Positions 1 to 9,465 are shown, counted from the first letter of the stretch. The stretch: 16,352 nucleotides of DNA from Octopus sinensis (GCF_006345805.1 NW_021825190.1:1-16352), one strand, 5' to 3'. Program-made: numbers and translations. Notes: generated from the letters alone by a model not told the origin.

Positions 1-23
1 GTGCATATATACATCACATGCAT

Positions 24-72
24 GCATACATACATACATACATACATACATTCACACATATATATATATATG
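24..72. repeat. (TACA)n/(TA)n microsatellite
   Basis: Directly visible catacatacata... run grading into (TA)n. Confidence 0.9.
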
Positions 73-223
73 TACTGACTCCAAATACTCCACATATACA
101 CAGATATACCCTGTTGATGTTGTTGAAATTCCAGTGAAGAATCGTTGGATTTAAGTTAAACTGGCTCCTTTTTCTCTATTGGCAATAATTCTTGAAATAA
201 AACTGATTAATGGCATGCATACT

Positions 224-296
224 TACATACATACATGCATACATACATACATACATACATACATACATACATACATACATACATACATACATACAT
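224..296. repeat. (TACA)n microsatellite
   Basis: Near-perfect TACA tandem; it produces the IHTY repeat in ORF 210..458. Confidence 0.95.
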
Positions 297-476
297 GTAT
301 GTGCATCCTGTGAGTGGAATAGTAAAAATATGCAAGACTTTTCTCAAGTTCCAAATGTGAATTTGTCTATGTTAACTACACTCCAGAGATGGAGCCTTAT
401 ATCTTGGTTGGAAACTGGCTCCCTCCTCAGTGGAAAATTTATAATAATTACAAAATAGAAGAGACATAGATACATA

Positions 477-1698
477 CAAGGGTTGGACAAAATAATGGAA
501 ACACCTTAAAATCTCAAACAAATTTATTTTAATATAGACTTGGACTGCCTCTGGCAGTAATTACAGCTTTAATTCTACGAGGTATGGATTCGTACAGAAT
601 TTGAATTGTTTCCAAAGGAATTTTTGTTCATTCTTCAGCTAAAACAGTCTCCAGTTCTTGTAGTGATAATGGTGGAGGATATCGACTCCTTACTTGTTTT
701 TCTAAAATGTACCATAAATGTTCAATAATATTGAGATCTGGGGACTGTGGTGGCCAGATAAGATGTTCAACTTCACTAGGATGTTCCTTGTGCCATTCAG
801 TAACAACTTTAGGTGTGTGAATTGGTGCATTATCATCCGGAAACAGTTTTGCAGCAATAAGATGAATTTGATCAGATAAAATGATTAAATAGTCTTGATT
901 ATTAATTCTGCCACGAATGGAAACAATTGGGCCGTCGGATTTCCAAGATATCCCCACCGCTCAGATTATCACAGTTCCTCCTCCATGTTTAACAGTTGGA
1001 AGAAAGCAGTCTGGGTCACATGCTTCTTTTAGATGTCTCCACATCTATACTCGGCCGGTGGTCGGAAATACTCGTCCGAGAAAATAACATCAATTTTGTA
1101 GGTTTTTACCCCACTCTAAACGCTTTGCAACGTTTGTTTTTGAAAGTAGTGGTTTTCTGATTGCAGCCCTCACGTGAAATACGGTTTTGTGCAGCTCCCG
1201 TCGAACAGGTTTTGTGGAAGCTGGGTTCTCGAGGTGATCATTAAGCCCTGCAGTAATTTTGGGGGCTATACTTCTGTGATCCTTTCTAACAATTCGTGTG
1301 AGTGTCCGATGGTTCCTATCTGAAAGTTTTGGTTTTCTTCCAGAGTTTTGTTTCGAGTAGGAGGTTTTTCCCTCTTTTTCAAAGGCTGTTATTACCTTTG
1401 AGACAGTACATCTTGATACGCAAAACATTTCGACTGTTTTCGTTACGCTAGCGCCTGCCATACGAACACCAACAATTTGACCTCATTGAAAGTCCGATAG
1501 ATCTGTCATTTTAATGAATTTTAATTACCTTTTTCTGATAATATCTGAAAAAAAAACAGCAAGTTTAGCAAAACATATTAAGCAGAACTAATAATAAATC
1601 AAAAGCATAAAAATAAACAAGCTTTTGACGGTTTTAAAGATATTTCAGAATTATGATGCTATGATGTTAGGTTCTTCCATTATTTTGTCCAACCCCTG
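477..1698 (-). mobile_element. Full-length, decayed Tc1-superfamily DNA transposon (DD36E / Incomer-like)
   Basis: 24-bp TIRs caagggttggacaaaataatggaa (477-500) and ttccattattttgtccaacccctg (1675-1698), 1 mismatch; TA TSD at 475-476 and 1699-1700; transposase remnants inside. Confidence 0.95.
529..1509 (-). pseudogene. Tc1-like transposase pseudogene
   Basis: Reads MTDLSDFQ*GQIVGVRMAGASV...SGRKPKL (HTH plus GRPR-like linker), VIFSDE (first D, about 1073-1075), TVKHGGG, DDNAPIH, WPPQSPDLNIIEHLW, and C-terminal LYESIPRRIKAVITARGSPSLY*. In-frame stops (1483-1485, 1090-1092, 628-630) and small deletions. Includes ORFs 1090..1461 and 628..957. Confidence 0.93.
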
Positions 1699-2099
1699 TA
1701 CATACATATACGAATGTGTGAGCAATGAGTTCCTGAAAACTTGTCATAACTTGAAATTCTATAATACAGAATTGAATTTCCCACTGATTTTCATGTTTTA
1801 GAATAATACTGTTTCAGTGAATAATAGTGAATAACAGTGAATAATACTATTTCGACAGAATTCTTTCGAAACGATAACGATAAAGGAAAGCAACTTAACT
1901 AATTTTATGCATAAAATAGCAACTTCTAAACATATACAATACAAAATGTATAAATAAACTAGAGAGAAGAAATAAGTTCGGGAATAATTATAGATCATAA
2001 TATGGTAAAAGGGTAGATTTTACCACAAAATAGTGTTGGCTACAATGTGAGGCGTGGTAGTAGAAAAAATTACTGGGAGGATGAGGCCCTCTGATTTCT

Positions 2100-2512
2100 T
2101 ATTTCTTTATTGCCCACAAGGGGCTACACAGAGGGGACAAACAAGGACAGACAAACGGATTAAGTCGATTATATCGACCCTTGTGCGTAACTCGTACTTA
2201 TTTAATCGACCCCGAAAGGACGAATGGCAAAGTCGACCTCGGCGGAATTCGAACTCAGAACATAGCGGCAGACGAAATACCTATTTCTTTATTGCTCACA
2301 AGGGGCTAAACATAGAGGGGACAAACAAGTACAGACAAACGGATTAAGTCGATTACATCGACCCCAGTGCGTAACTGGTACTTAATTTATCGATCCCGAA
2401 AGGATGAAAGGTAGAGGCGACCTCGGCGGAATTTGAACTCAGAACGCAGCGGCAGACGAAATACCACAACGCATTTCGCCCGGCTTGCTAACGTTTCTGC
2501 CAGCTCGCCGCC
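2100..2512 (-). mobile_element. tRNA-derived SINE (family A, Meta-SINE-like central domain), dimer of one full unit and one headless unit
   Basis: Full unit about 2281-2512 with A-box-like tggcagaaacg and B-box gagttcaaattcc; headless unit 2100-2280; TSD ctctgatttct at 2089-2099 and 2513-2523. Confidence 0.92.
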
Positions 2513-3095
2513 CTCTGATTTCTGTCTTCTGTCTTTATAGTTCACCACCATAACATCTGCTTAAGGGTGAAAAACTCATCCAAGGTGTTCGGTATTTGTG
2601 GCGCACCATCACTTTATGCAGCTCAGTATAGGAACTGAGCTCGTTGTAAACTCCTCTTGCAATTTTTATGTTGCGTTCATCATTAGGATGGTTATTTGAA
2701 AAAATCTATCAAACCTTCAGCATTATTCGTTTTGGTCAATTTCAGTGAATTGGTGAAATTTCCATATTTTCATCTGCATTCTTAGCTTTGCTCCTGCTTT
2801 AAATGCATCAGCTCCTCTCCGGATAAACTTTCTCTATGGTATACGGGCAACTCAACAACATTATCATCAAACTCTATCTCATTTTCAAGTGTCACAATAT
2901 CATCCAGATTTTGATGTTGACTTGTAGAAAACTGCTTGTAGAAAACTTGTTAAGTCACGGATACAGTCTGGCCATATATTTTCCGAAGCACCATTCAAAT
3001 TTCAGCGTTTTCACTTCATCATATGACTCAGATATGTTATCAATAGTATTCGTTATACATACATAGTCTCTACCGATAGGCCTATGCTCTTGGAT

Positions 3096-3880
3096 GGCGA
3101 CAAGCTGGTAGAATCGTTAGCACGCCGGGCGAAATGCTGAGCGGTATTTCGTCTGCTGCTACGTTCTGAGTTCAAATTCCGCCGATGTTGACTTTGACTT
3201 TCATCCTTTCGGGGTCGATAAATTAAGTACCAGTGACGCACTGGGGTCGTTATAATCGACTTAATCCGTCTGTCTGTCCTTGTTTGTCCTCTCTGTGTTT
3301 AGCCCCTTGTGGGTAGTAAAGAAATAGCTATTTCGTATGCCGCTACGTTCTGAGTTCAAATTCCGCGAGGTCGACTTTGCCTTTCATCCTTTCGGGGTCG
3401 ATAAATTATGTACCAGTTACGCACTGGGGTCGATATAATCGACTTAATCCGTCTGTCTGTCCTTGTATGTCCTCTCTGTGTTTAGGCCCTTGTGGGTAGT
3501 AAAGAAATAGCTATTTCGTCTGCCGCTACGTTCTGAGTTCAAATTCCGCCGAGGTCGACTTTGCCTTTCATCCTTTCGGGGTCGATAAATTAAGTACCAG
3601 TGACGCACTGGGGTCGATATAATCGATTTAAAATCCGTCTGTCTGTCCTTGTTTATCCTCTCTGTGTTTAGCCCCTTGTAGGTAGTAAAGAAATAGCTAT
3701 TTCGTCTGCCGCTACGTTCTGAGTTCAAATTCCGCCGAGGTCGACTTTGCCTTTCATCCTTTCGGGATCGATAAATTAAGTACCAGTGACGCACTGGGGT
3801 CGATATAATCGACTTAATCGGTCTGTCTGTCCTTGTTTGTCCTCTCTGTGTTTAGCCCCTTATGGGTAGTAAAGAAATAG
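3096..3880 (+). mobile_element. SINE family A tetramer: one full unit and three headless units
   Basis: Units 3096-3327, 3328-3510, 3511-3696, 3697-3880; flanking duplication ataggcctatgctcttgg (3076-3093) and ataggtctatgctcttgg (3877-3894), 17/18 identical. Confidence 0.95.
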
Positions 3881-4424
3881 GTCTATGCTCTTGGTCAATT
3901 TCTAAAATTAATTGTTTGGAAGTTCTCAGATAATATGCCTTGAAGTTAATCACACGTTTATCCATTAACTGGAGCAAAGGAGTATTCGTGGAGATATATT
4001 CTATTCTCACATTATCAGAAAGTTAATTTAAGTTCACTGGATGGGTTGCTGCAATGTCTAAAGAATGCAATTCTTTAATGAACTTAAATGTTAAGCCTGG
4101 TACTGTTTCCTTCAGACAATGTTGGTAAACCACTCTTCGAAAAGGCTTCTAGTTATACATGCCTAATTTTGAACGCCAGACATTTTCAACTAATATTACC
4201 TATTATTCTAAAATATTATACAACAAATCAGTCTTGACATTTTATTTTTATTTTAATAACAATATATCTAAATATATAATATACAAAAATTAACATAATA
4301 AATATTATTAAATAACAAAATAATGAACATCACAGTAATATCGTATTAAATAATTATATTTCACAAGTTATTACAATACATCAACAATAATAAATAACTT
4401 AAACTATATAAATAACTATTAAGA

Positions 4425-4652
4425 CGCGGCGAGCTGGCAGAAATGTTAGCACGCCGGGCAAAATGCGTAGTAGTATTTCGTCTGCTGTTACGTTCTGAGT
4501 TCAAATTACACCGATGTCGACTTTGCCTTTCATCCTTTTGGGGTCGATAAATTAAGTACCAGTTGACTGGGGTCGATGTAATCGACTTAATCCGTTTGTC
4601 TATCCTTGTTTATCCTCTCTGTGTTTAGCCCCTTGTGGGTAGTAAAGAAATA
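4425..4652 (+). mobile_element. SINE family A monomer
   Basis: Head gcggcgagctggcagaaatgttagc, B-box gagttcaaattac, tail gggtagtaaagaaata; probable TSD tatataaataact (4405-4417, 4653-4665). Confidence 0.93.
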
Positions 4653-5236
4653 TATATAAATAACTTAATAGTTATTTATATATATTTCTTTATTATTTGT
4701 GATATTTAAATAAACCTTTATATATTATATAACGCTAAAAAAGAATTAATATAAATATCCTGAGTTTGATTAAACATCCTGAGCTAGATTAAAATTAGTG
4801 TAACCGCTGAAAGCCTCTGAATCTTCGGAGGGTTACACGAGTATGAGCTTTAATTTCATATCACCAGCAGCATTCCTCACAGAAGAAGCGCCAGGCAATT
4901 TTTGGAAGCTTTCAATTCTGGCGTTAATTGCTTTCTGGAAAAATAAAAGTTCTGACAGGTATGAGCTTCCAGAAAAGTGAAAATACATCAAAATTATATA
5001 CTTCCATTGGTATGTAGCTCCTTTAGCAATAATTTGTTTTAGCTGTTCAGGATAATTAGTATCAGCCTTTGTATCAACACTAGCAACTCCACAAATAACC
5101 TTTTTTTTCGTTGTGTAAACTCAAACGTTACTTAAATCTTCCAAACCAGCCTTTCCTAGCTAGAAAAGGTTTTTCATTAGACTTTTCACATTTTTTTCCT
5201 CCAACCCGTCATACAAACTTTTGGCTTTATAATAAA

Positions 5237-5484
5237 TTGTTGTTTGTTCCTTCTCGAGTCACACCTGGCTCATAAGGGCCGGTTTCCCAGGTTTCCTTGG
5301 CGTATAGGTTCCCCACCTGGACGGGACTCCGGTCCGTCGCAGGTGAGCTGCTAGATGCAGGAGGAAAGAGTGAGAGAAAATTGTGGCGAAAGAGTCAGCA
5401 GAAGTTCACTATTACCTTCTACCGGAGCCGCGTGGAGCTTAGGTGTTTCGCTCATAAACAAACACATCGCCAGGTCTGAAATTT
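5237..5484 (-). mobile_element. 5'-truncated SINE-like element (third family; V-SINE/SINE2-like segment, (AAC)n-like tail)
   Basis: GC-rich island in AT-rich DNA; - strand has cctgcgacggaccggagtcccgtccagg, reminiscent of a segment in V-SINE-type elements, and ends ...gaaggaacaaacaacaa. Family assignment is from recall only. Confidence 0.55.
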
Positions 5485-5578
5485 TAATATTTACCAGTGT
5501 AGATGAAAAACAAAAATGGGAATTTACGCGTCTGATTGATATTTATAATAGTTTGCACCACAATATATATGACAGTAA

Positions 5579-5805
5579 GGCGGCGAGCTGGCAGAAACGT
5601 TAGCACGCCGGGCGAAATGCGTAGCTGTATTTCGTCTGCCGTTACGTTCTGAGTTCAAATTCCGCCGAGGTCGACTTTGCCTTTCATCCTTTCGGGGTCG
5701 ATAATTAAGTACCAGTTACGCACTGGGGTCGATGTAATCGACTTAATCCGTTTGTCTGTCTTTGTTTATCCCCTCTGTGTTTAGCCCCTTTTGGGTAGTA
5801 AAATA
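5579..5805 (+). mobile_element. SINE family A monomer
   Basis: Complete head with A/B boxes and tail; TSD atatatatgacagta at 5563-5577 and 5809-5823. Confidence 0.95.
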
Positions 5806-6167
5806 TATATATATATGACAGTATTATTATACAGAACGAGTTTTAGTTTATTTCTTTAGGCCGCTTCAGTCTCGTTTCGTTTCGTTTCGTTCACAGTCTT
5901 CCAAAGTTTTGCTATGAGAAATAGCAATGGTTTAAAAGCCCTTTATAATATTAAATATGTGTGCATTATTCTTCTCTTACGCTACACTGATGAACACCTG
6001 ATCTCATGAAATATTAATATCTGGAGCAATTTTAATAGTTATTATTCAAATACTCATCATTATAGATTGCGCTGATCACCAGCATAATTGAATGTATAAT
6101 TGAAAACATATTTTTATTCGTACCTCCGCACAACTACATAAGTCTATACGAAAAGCAGGTCACAATT

Positions 6168-6253
6168 TACATACATAATATGTACGTACGTATATATATA
6201 TATCTATATATATATTATATATATATATATGTATGTATGTACATACATATATA

Positions 6254-6289
<36 letters not shown>

Positions 6290-6306
6290 TGTATGTATCT
6301 ATGTAT

Positions 6307-6338
<32 letters not shown>

Positions 6339-6405
6339 TTGTATATATATATATGTATTTATATGAATAGATAAGTGTGTATATTTATACATGTATATAT
6401 GTATT
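6168..6405. repeat. Compound (TA)n/(TATG)n microsatellite
   Basis: Directly visible. Confidence 0.9.
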
Positions 6406-6432
6406 GATGCTTCTGCCTTACAATTACATACC

Positions 6433-6526
6433 TAGTAGTAGTAGTAGTAGCAGCAGCAGCAGCAGCAGTAGTAAGTAGTAGTAGTAGTAGTAGTCGTAGT
6501 AATAGTAGTAGAAGTAGTTGTAATAG
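6433..6526. repeat. Compound (TAG)n/(CAG)n trinucleotide repeat
   Basis: Directly visible; explains the poly-L/Y/T/A ORFs. Confidence 0.9.
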
Positions 6527-6538
6527 AAATAATTTGGA

Positions 6539-6785
6539 GCAGTAAAGGTCGTACCTATTATAGTTGTTGCGTTGGAAACAGTAAGCAAACATATAGACAA
6601 ACGATTGAAGGAGATTGAAATAGAATACTCGATAAAGCTCCTACGGAAAGTTTGTCTCTTGGGGACTGCAAGGATTATCAGGGGGTTTCTAAGCACTTGA
6701 AAGAATGCTGAAGTCTTGTAGATACGTACCTGCATAAATTCTATCAGGAATAAGACCAATATTGATTGGAATTGTTATCATGTAA
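6539..6785 (+). mobile_element. 3' fragment of an R4/Dong-type (RLE) non-LTR retrotransposon
   Basis: 6539-6700 translates AVKVVPIIVVALETVSKHIDKRLKEIEIEYSIKLLRKVCLLGTARIIRGFLST*, matching the R4-clade C-terminus (VVPIVIGALG...LQK..LLGTARILR). 3' boundary approximate. Confidence 0.8.
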
Positions 6786-6789
6786 AAAG

Positions 6790-7248
6790 ATGCGCTACAG
6801 TAAATATTATTCTGATCAGTACCACAGATTTGCTTGTCAGTTGTTTGACCTTAACCAGTTGAGCATGTCCCTCTTAGTGGCTGACGATATGTGCATCTGT
6901 GATCACAAGGCGAAGTAGTGGGAGCACATAGCGATGTGTTGAGAGGAATTCTTTGGGGCTTGAATAATTCAACTCTGGAAACATGGGTGTTTTGCTCATC
7001 ATCCTTAAACAGCCCTTATTCAGGGACTTTTGAGCGGAATGCGCTACTCCACCTGAAGAAAATTCTAACCGGGCGCCACCTGCAAGGTGATGCACTGTTT
7101 AGCTTGATATGAGATCACTGTCGCGCACATATGGTTGTGATGCACGCTCCTGGTGTACCCTTATCAGACGGATAGTCATGATGGGTATACTAGGTTTCGT
7201 ATATTTTACCTTAGTATCACTTTGATGGCATGCACTGCTCTTTCATTC
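6790..7248 (+). mobile_element. Unclassified interspersed repeat ending in an (AAT)n tail (probable non-LTR-derived element)
   Basis: GC-richer non-coding block running directly into (AAT)n; no protein motif recognised; resembles a common cephalopod repeat by recall only. Confidence 0.35.
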
Positions 7249-7255
7249 AATAATA

Positions 7256-7334
<79 letters not shown>

Positions 7335-7345
7335 TAATAATAATA
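7249..7345. repeat. (AAT)n microsatellite
   Basis: About 32 near-perfect units; gives the poly-N ORF. Confidence 0.97.
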
Positions 7346-7924
7346 CCTGAACTTAGCACAACGCGAATACAAAAGACGCCATGACAATGTGGCAAGAACG
7401 ATACATTTGGAGCCTACAAAGAACAAAGATGTGATATGAGCAAGCTCCAGAAGGAGTATCGAGAATGAGAAGTGCGATCACCTGACAAGACACAGGAAAC
7501 CGGTAATTGTTGTGGTGAATAAAGAACTTGCATGACAATCGACATAAGATGCTCCAGTGACAACAGGGTCAGTGTGAAAGAAGAAGGAAAAATAAACGAC
7601 CATGACGATTTGAAAGTGGGAAATACGAAGGTTGTTGTCAATGAGGAGAGTAGACGTGATACCAATAGTAATTAGTGCACTTGGAAGTATCAGCACTCAA
7701 CTACCAGCATGGCTAAAAAAGATTGATGCAAGTGTGAACGTAGAACACATACAAAAATCAGCAAAGCTTGGAACTGCAAAAATTCTTTGCAGGGTTCTTG
7801 GAGCATGACCAGTAAACAAGTGTCACCTTAATCTGCAGGCTGTGGACAGCTGACACTTTCCATCATACACAGCAAAATAACCTGTGAGTTTTGATCACAT
7901 AACAACAACAATATTAATAATAAT
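7346..7924 (+). mobile_element. 5'-truncated R4/Dong-type LINE: decayed restriction-like endonuclease domain and 3' UTR
   Basis: Frameshifted translation LAQREYKRRHDNVAR..., HRKP.IVVVNKE..CMTIDI, DNRVSVKEEGKINDHDDL, WEIRRL..RVDVIPIVISALGSI...HIQKSAKLGTAKILCRVLGA* (stop 7806-7808); RHD motif and decayed PD..D region typical of RLE; ends in aacaacaacaatattaataataat. Confidence 0.88.
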
Positions 7925-7999
7925 ACTCAGAACATAAAGACAGATGAAATACCATCAGTATTTCGCCCGGCATGCTAACGATTCTGCCAGCTCGCCGCC
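7925..7999 (-). mobile_element. SINE family A head fragment
   Basis: Reverse complement of ggcggcgagctggcagaatcgttagc...gttctgag; the body is missing. Confidence 0.85.
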
Positions 8000-8000
8000 T

Positions 8001-8070
8001 TATGTGTTGCGTGTGTCGTGCGTGTGTTTGTGTGTGGTGTGTTTGTGTGTGTGTGTGTATGTATATGTAT

Positions 8071-8109
<39 letters not shown>

Positions 8110-8158
8110 TATATATATATATAATATATATATATAGATATATATATATATATATATA
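8001..8158. repeat. (TG)n/(TA)n microsatellite
   Basis: Directly visible. Confidence 0.9.
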
Positions 8159-8324
8159 CTGTTGTTCTGGGGAGAGTCATTTTCTTTTTGTGCCTTATAT
8201 GTAACACACTCACCGGTAAAATTTCCATTTATTTCTTATTTTTATTTTCCTAAAATTTTCGTTGCATCTTGCAACCTTTTCAATAGTCTTGACTCTGTCC
8301 GTTATTTACACTGCGTTCCTTTTT

Positions 8325-8810
8325 GTTTGTTTGTGCGCATGTGTGTGGGTCAGTGTGTGTGCCTATACATGCATGCATGTACGTATGTATTTATGTATGT
8401 GTTTGCATCTGTATGTATGTATGTATATATGTGTGTGTATGCATATGTATATATGTATGTATGTGTGTGCATCTGTATGTACGTATCCTGCATATTTATG
8501 TGCTTGCATGTCCGTGTTTCTGTATTTTCTATGTATGTGTGTGTGAGCATGTGTTTGTATATGTATGCACCTCTGTGTCCTTGCATGTGCATGACTGTGT
8601 ATGTGTGTGTGTGTGTTATGCAACTATGTACCATGTTTTTATGTATGGATGTGCATCTTTATATGTGTGAATCCGTGTCTCCATATGTGTCTGTTCTTGT
8701 AACCTATGTACCTATTCGTCTGTATGTTGATCTGTTTATTTTCATACCTATATGCTTACATACAGAAAAAAAAGGTGCATACACTCACACTCACACATAC
8801 ATACACTTAT
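8325..8810. repeat. Degenerate (TGTA)/(TG) low-complexity tract
   Basis: Alternating purine-pyrimidine sequence that is open in several frames (C/V/Y/M- and H/T/I-rich ORFs). Confidence 0.85.
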
Positions 8811-9061
8811 CTACCTAACAGTCCACTAACTATTCTACTCTACCTGTATAAACTGTGGGTATGGAGATATGGTATTTACTATGTATATTTCCATATATAT
8901 ATGTATAATGGTGCAAGTGGTGTATTTCTTAGTAAAATCAATATGAAATACATTATAAAAACTAATTGGAAATACAGGCTTGGAATTCCCAATTGAACAG
9001 CTGGCTCCTTCTGTATAGTTGTTAATTGAATCATTGACACGAACGACAATTTTCTTTTCAG

Positions 9062-9133
9062 ACTTTCGATTGTTTGCACTAAGGAGATTCGACTACGATA
9101 AATATATCTTAAACCCAATGGCATTGATCATTG
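9062..9133 (+). CDS. Candidate internal coding exon (72 nt, phase 1-1) of an unidentified host gene
   Basis: Strong acceptor aattttcttttcag (AG 9060-9061); open frame xFRLFALRRFDYDKYILNPMALII; weak donor G|gtttgc; lies in non-repetitive sequence. Confidence 0.45.
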
Positions 9134-9465
9134 GTTTGCAGGCATTTTAAACTAGTTTAATCTATATCAATAGAATGTATTTCAATAAACATATTTTATT
9201 TCAATAAAGTGATGGCGTAAACAAGTTATTGTGATAAATTCACAATTAAAATGGTGGATCTAAAAATTACGTGAAACTGAAATATTTAACTCGACAAAAT
9301 TGAGGTAAAAGACCATCTCTGTTGATATCTTAGCTTGTAGAACTCAAGAATATTTGCACGCAAATCTGGGGTTATTCTGAATATAGTTTGTCGACACACT
9401 GATCTAGAGGCAACAGACAAAACTGGGCTAATGATGTGCCACCCCAAGGCACATCAATTGTCCAG

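Larger units (their letters stand above)
2540..5240 (-). pseudogene. Fragmented pogo/Tigger (CENP-B-like, DDE_1) transposase relic
   Basis: Manual - strand translation across frameshifts: KAKSLYD..FLARKGWFGRFK*RLSLHN, EVYNFD (D1 about 4987), LFWKLIPVRTFI, NAAGDMKLK, VWRS..ITRSLFEEWF, LDIAATHP (D2 about 4056), NTPLLQLMDKRVINFKAYYLR (D3 about 3960), IDNISESYDEVK, NIWPDCIRD, HPNDERNIKIARG, TLDEFF. Motif order matches Tigger transposases. Interrupted at 3096-3880 and about 4184-4785; N-terminus not found; ends approximate. Confidence 0.85.

Noticed and set aside
3096-3880. Repeat array as a CRISPR array, or ORFs 3053..3241 and 3444..3794 as repeat proteins
   Set aside because: Units are contiguous ~184-bp SINE bodies with no unique spacers and no cas genes; the RPRRNLNSE-type peptides recur at every SINE copy and are antisense SINE translations.
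4798-4838. Hairpin gtgtaacc...cctctgaatcttcggagggttacac
   Set aside because: Lies inside the Tigger coding relic; bulged and probably coincidental, with no terminator or Helitron-end context.
5579-5670. SINE heads as functional tRNA genes
   Set aside because: A/B-box-like motifs are present, but there is no canonical cloverleaf and they continue into SINE body, tail and TSD.
5987-6012. CTGATGA...GAAA hammerhead core candidate
   Set aside because: The intervening sequence cannot form stem II.
6359-7350. Poly-L/Y/T/A and poly-N ORFs (6359..6592, 6424..6759, 7153..7350)
   Set aside because: Direct translations of (TAG)n/(CAG)n and (AAT)n microsatellites.
8162-8818. 218-aa ORF and overlapping ORFs on both strands
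   Set aside because: Translation of degenerate (TG/TA)n sequence (C/V/M/Y- or H/T/I-rich), open in several frames simply because stop codons are scarce.
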